From contig DASQOP010000301.1 in NCBI GenBank assembly GCA_035644415.1, forward strand, positions 1 to 35,868: a DNA stretch of 35,868 bases, given 5' to 3'. Position numbers and translations under genes: made by a program. Origin of the DNA: Burkholderiales bacterium. GTDB lineage: Bacteria; Pseudomonadota; Gammaproteobacteria; Burkholderiales; JACQAP01. The notes beneath the pieces are model-generated. The model ran no database searches. It was not told the DNA's origin and was given only the letters and a program-made list of their open reading frames with translations. Of the stretch, positions 31,489-35,868 are shown piece after piece. Position 1 is the stretch's first letter, and every line of letters begins with the position of its first letter.

Positions 31489-31614
31489 GTAGTTCCTCCG
31501 GTTCGGGTTCACACCGATTTGTCGGCGTGACACTTTTTCCTGTCGTCCGGTATCGGTTCATGTGACTCGTTGCGCCACTGCAACGCCGGCGCCGAGCCTG
31601 AAAAGTTGCGCATT

Positions 31615-33755
<2,141 letters not shown>

Positions 33756-33878
33756 CGCGCGCATTATATCGGCCGCAGACCACTCCCCCGGTTGCCCCGC
33801 GACGCCGAATTCCGGGATAATTGCGCTCCCGTGCCGGATGGTGGAATCAGGACTTGCACGGAGATTCACCAAATAAAT

Positions 33879-33965
33879 GCCGGGATGGCGGAACTGGTAG
33901 ACGCACGGGACTCAAAATCCCGCGGTGGCGACACCATGGGGGTTCGATTCCCCCTCCCGGCACCA
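33879..33965 (+). tRNA. tRNA-Leu (anticodon CAA), 87 nt with encoded CCA
   Basis: Acceptor stem GCCGGGA/TCCCGGC, anticodon loop CTCAAAA (CAA at 33913-33915), long variable arm, and T-arm GGGGGTTCGATTCCCCC. Close to E. coli leuX by memory. Confidence 0.93.
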
Positions 33966-34041
33966 GGAACTTTCCAACGTCAGCCCTTCGTCACGGTTCG
34001 CAGCCGCCACTCCGGATCAGATCGGCTCCGACGCGAGAAAA

Positions 34042-35022
34042 ATGAAACTACTCATCAAGAAGACAGATAACGACGGCCGCCTTGCCCTCATTACCGACTT
34101 TCTGACGACCTCCTGGATCATCGAGGTCGCGGACAGCAGCAACCGCGAGGAATTGGCACACAAGATTCTGGATGCCGACGCGATGGTCTCGATGAACTGG
34201 CCGACGGACATGCCGCCGGCGCCCAGGCTGCAGCTGCTTCAGCTTCCCGGGGCCGGCACCGACGACATTGCCTTCGATTCCGTGCCGGCGAAGGTGGCGG
34301 TATGTAACGTCTATGAGCACGAAATCGGAATAGCCGAATACATTCTCTCGGCGATGCTCCAGTGGGTAATCGGGATTCCACGGATGGATGCGGCCCTGCG
34401 CCGTGGCCAATGGTACGGCTCGCACCTCTCGGGACCGCGGCACGATGAACTGTATGGCAAGACCGTCGGCATCATTGGCTATGGCCGTATCGGTCGCGAA
34501 GTTGCGCGCCGGGCGCGCGCCTTCAGCATGAGGGTGCTGGCCTGCAGCCGCACTCCCCGCAGCTCCGACGGGTTCGTGGAGCGCGTGGACGGAATGGATC
34601 GCCTGCCTGCAGTGTTGTCTGCGTCCGATTTCGTTGTTCTGGCATTACCGCTGGAGCCGTCGACCGCCGGGGTGATCGGTACGCAGCAACTGGCAAGGAT
34701 GAAACCGGGCACGGTGATCATCAACGTGGCACGCGGCGCTCTGATCGACGAACGCGCATTGTTCGAGGCGTGCAGGGAAAAGCGCATCGGCGGCGCGGTG
34801 ATCGACACCTGGTTCAAATACCCCGCCGAAGGGCATGAGGTCGCGGAGCCTTCCAACCTGCCCTTCCGCGAGCTGGAGAATGTCATCATGACACCGCATG
34901 CGTCAGGATGGACGGAGGGATTGCGGCCACGACGCTGTAGGATGATTGCGGGAAATCTGGATCGGCTGGCCCGCGGCGAACCTCTGATCAACGTCGTAAA
35001 ACAACCTGCCGGCAGCCGATGA
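34042..35022 (+). CDS. D-isomer-specific 2-hydroxyacid dehydrogenase family protein, 326 aa
   Basis: Track ORF 33925.. overlaps the tRNA and is trimmed to the ATG at 34042 (MKLLIKK..). NAD fold GKTVGIIGYGRIGREVARRA. Catalytic-region motifs NVARGALID and TPHASG. Confidence 0.85.
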   Translation: MKLLIKKTDNDGRLALITDFLTTSWIIEVADSSNREELAHKILDADAMVSMNWPTDMPPAPRLQLLQLPGAGTDDIAFDSVPAKVAVCNVYEHEIGIAEYILSAMLQWVIGIPRMDAALRRGQWYGSHLSGPRHDELYGKTVGIIGYGRIGREVARRARAFSMRVLACSRTPRSSDGFVERVDGMDRLPAVLSASDFVVLALPLEPSTAGVIGTQQLARMKPGTVIINVARGALIDERALFEACREKRIGGAVIDTWFKYPAEGHEVAEPSNLPFRELENVIMTPHASGWTEGLRPRRCRMIAGNLDRLARGEPLINVVKQPAGSR

Positions 35023-35061
35023 GCGGCGGGTCACCGGTTTCATTCGAGAGGGAAAAAAAGC

Positions 35062-35850
35062 ATGGACAACTGGGCCGCCGAACAGGCCGCCAGAATCATC
35101 TGGAGCACATGGCAGGCCAATGATCGTGTCGATGGCCTCCCCGCCGATTGCCGGCCCTCGAGCCGGCAAGAAGGTTACAAAGTGCAGTCGGAAGTGGCCC
35201 GTCTGTCCGGCCAGGCGTTGTTCGGATGGAAGATTGCCGCGACCAGTCAGGCTGGCCAGAAGCATATAGGCGTGGACGGACCGCTTGCCGGCCGGCTTCT
35301 CGAGAGCCGCACGTTCCAGACTGGCGCGAGCGTACCGATGGTCAACAACCTGATGAAGGTAGCGGAGGCCGAGTTCGCGTTCCGAATGGCTCTCGCTCTG
35401 CCGCCGCGCGCGTCCGCATACTCGATGCAGGAAGTACTGGACGCGGTGGAATCCCTGCATCCGGCCATCGAAATTCCGGATTCCCGTTATCGGGAATTCG
35501 CGAAAGTCGGGGCTGCGCAACTCATCGCCGACAATGCCTGCGCTGGCTATTTCGTCCTGGGGCCGGCGACTGCCGCCGGATGGCGTCCGCATGACCTGGC
35601 CGAACACCTCGCTTCGGCCTGGGTAAATGGCAAGCTGGCACGCGAGGGCAAAGGCGCCAATGTGCTTGGCGATCCACGTCTGGCTCTCACCTGGATCGTC
35701 AATGAACTCTCGGTTGTCGGCGAAACGCTACGCGCCGGACATGTGGTAACGACGGGCACTTGCCTGGTGCCGGTGGAGATCGCGCCTGGCGATCACGTGG
35801 TCGCGGATTTTGGTCTGTTCGGACGCGTTGAAGCGCGCCTCGCACCCTAG
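35062..35850 (+). CDS. 2-keto-4-pentenoate hydratase/2-oxohepta-3-ene-1,7-dioate hydratase-like (FAH superfamily), 262 aa
   Basis: MhpD/HpcG-like pattern: GWKIAATS, AEAEFAFRM, EIPDSRY, ADNACAGYFVLG. GAGAGGGA SD. Confidence 0.7.
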   Translation: MDNWAAEQAARIIWSTWQANDRVDGLPADCRPSSRQEGYKVQSEVARLSGQALFGWKIAATSQAGQKHIGVDGPLAGRLLESRTFQTGASVPMVNNLMKVAEAEFAFRMALALPPRASAYSMQEVLDAVESLHPAIEIPDSRYREFAKVGAAQLIADNACAGYFVLGPATAAGWRPHDLAEHLASAWVNGKLAREGKGANVLGDPRLALTWIVNELSVVGETLRAGHVVTTGTCLVPVEIAPGDHVVADFGLFGRVEARLAP

Positions 35851-35868
35851 CAGCAGAGACGAACTTTC

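Noticed and set aside
33879-35868. The tRNA-Leu(CAA) could be the attachment site of a genomic island carrying the downstream dehydrogenase and hydratase genes.
   Set aside because: I could find no integrase, no direct repeat of the tRNA 3' end (TTCGATTCCCCCTCCCGGCACCA) downstream within the window, and no obvious compositional shift. The window ends at 35868, so an island boundary farther away cannot be excluded.

Overview
This is a 35.9-kb, high-GC, densely coding chromosomal segment. I call 36 protein-coding genes, one tRNA-Leu(CAA), one short gene remnant, and several intrinsic terminators and sigma70-like promoters. Gene content and order look like a conserved core region of a betaproteobacterial-type genome with sulfide-oxidising capacity; that taxonomy is inference only. 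The recognisable blocks are xseB-ispA-dxs-folE2, sseA-like/DUF2784 convergent on fccAB, clpS-clpA beside cspA, icd divergent from aceA and aceB, rluE, marC-nudix-mnmA, purB, and queA-tgt-yajC-secD-secF-dedA followed by tRNA-Leu. FAH-superfamily and hydrolase genes sit at both ends. Many track ORFs are N-terminally over-extended or are antisense shadow ORFs typical of GC-rich DNA, so I trimmed starts by hand using homolog N-termini, Shine-Dalgarno placement and overlap logic. I see no transposase, integrase, phage gene, CRISPR array, toxin-antitoxin pair or recognisable defence module. I cannot support a claim of a novel multi-gene system here. The leads worth a second look are mostly non-coding. 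First, a divergent 3'-end remnant of a second folE2 allele, with a 26-bp perfect palindrome and an inverted 13-nt copy, lies downstream of folE2. Second, an orphan promoter, a structured leader of about 85 nt and an intrinsic terminator lie between a small Asr-like gene and marC. Third, the icd-aceA control region is unusually long at 673 bp and carries spaced repeats. Fourth, terminator-like leaders precede the Rieske oxygenase gene and cspA. Fifth, there is a DnaQ-exonuclease/GIY-YIG (Cho-like) fusion gene. All coordinates, alignments and counts were made by eye and need computational confirmation.
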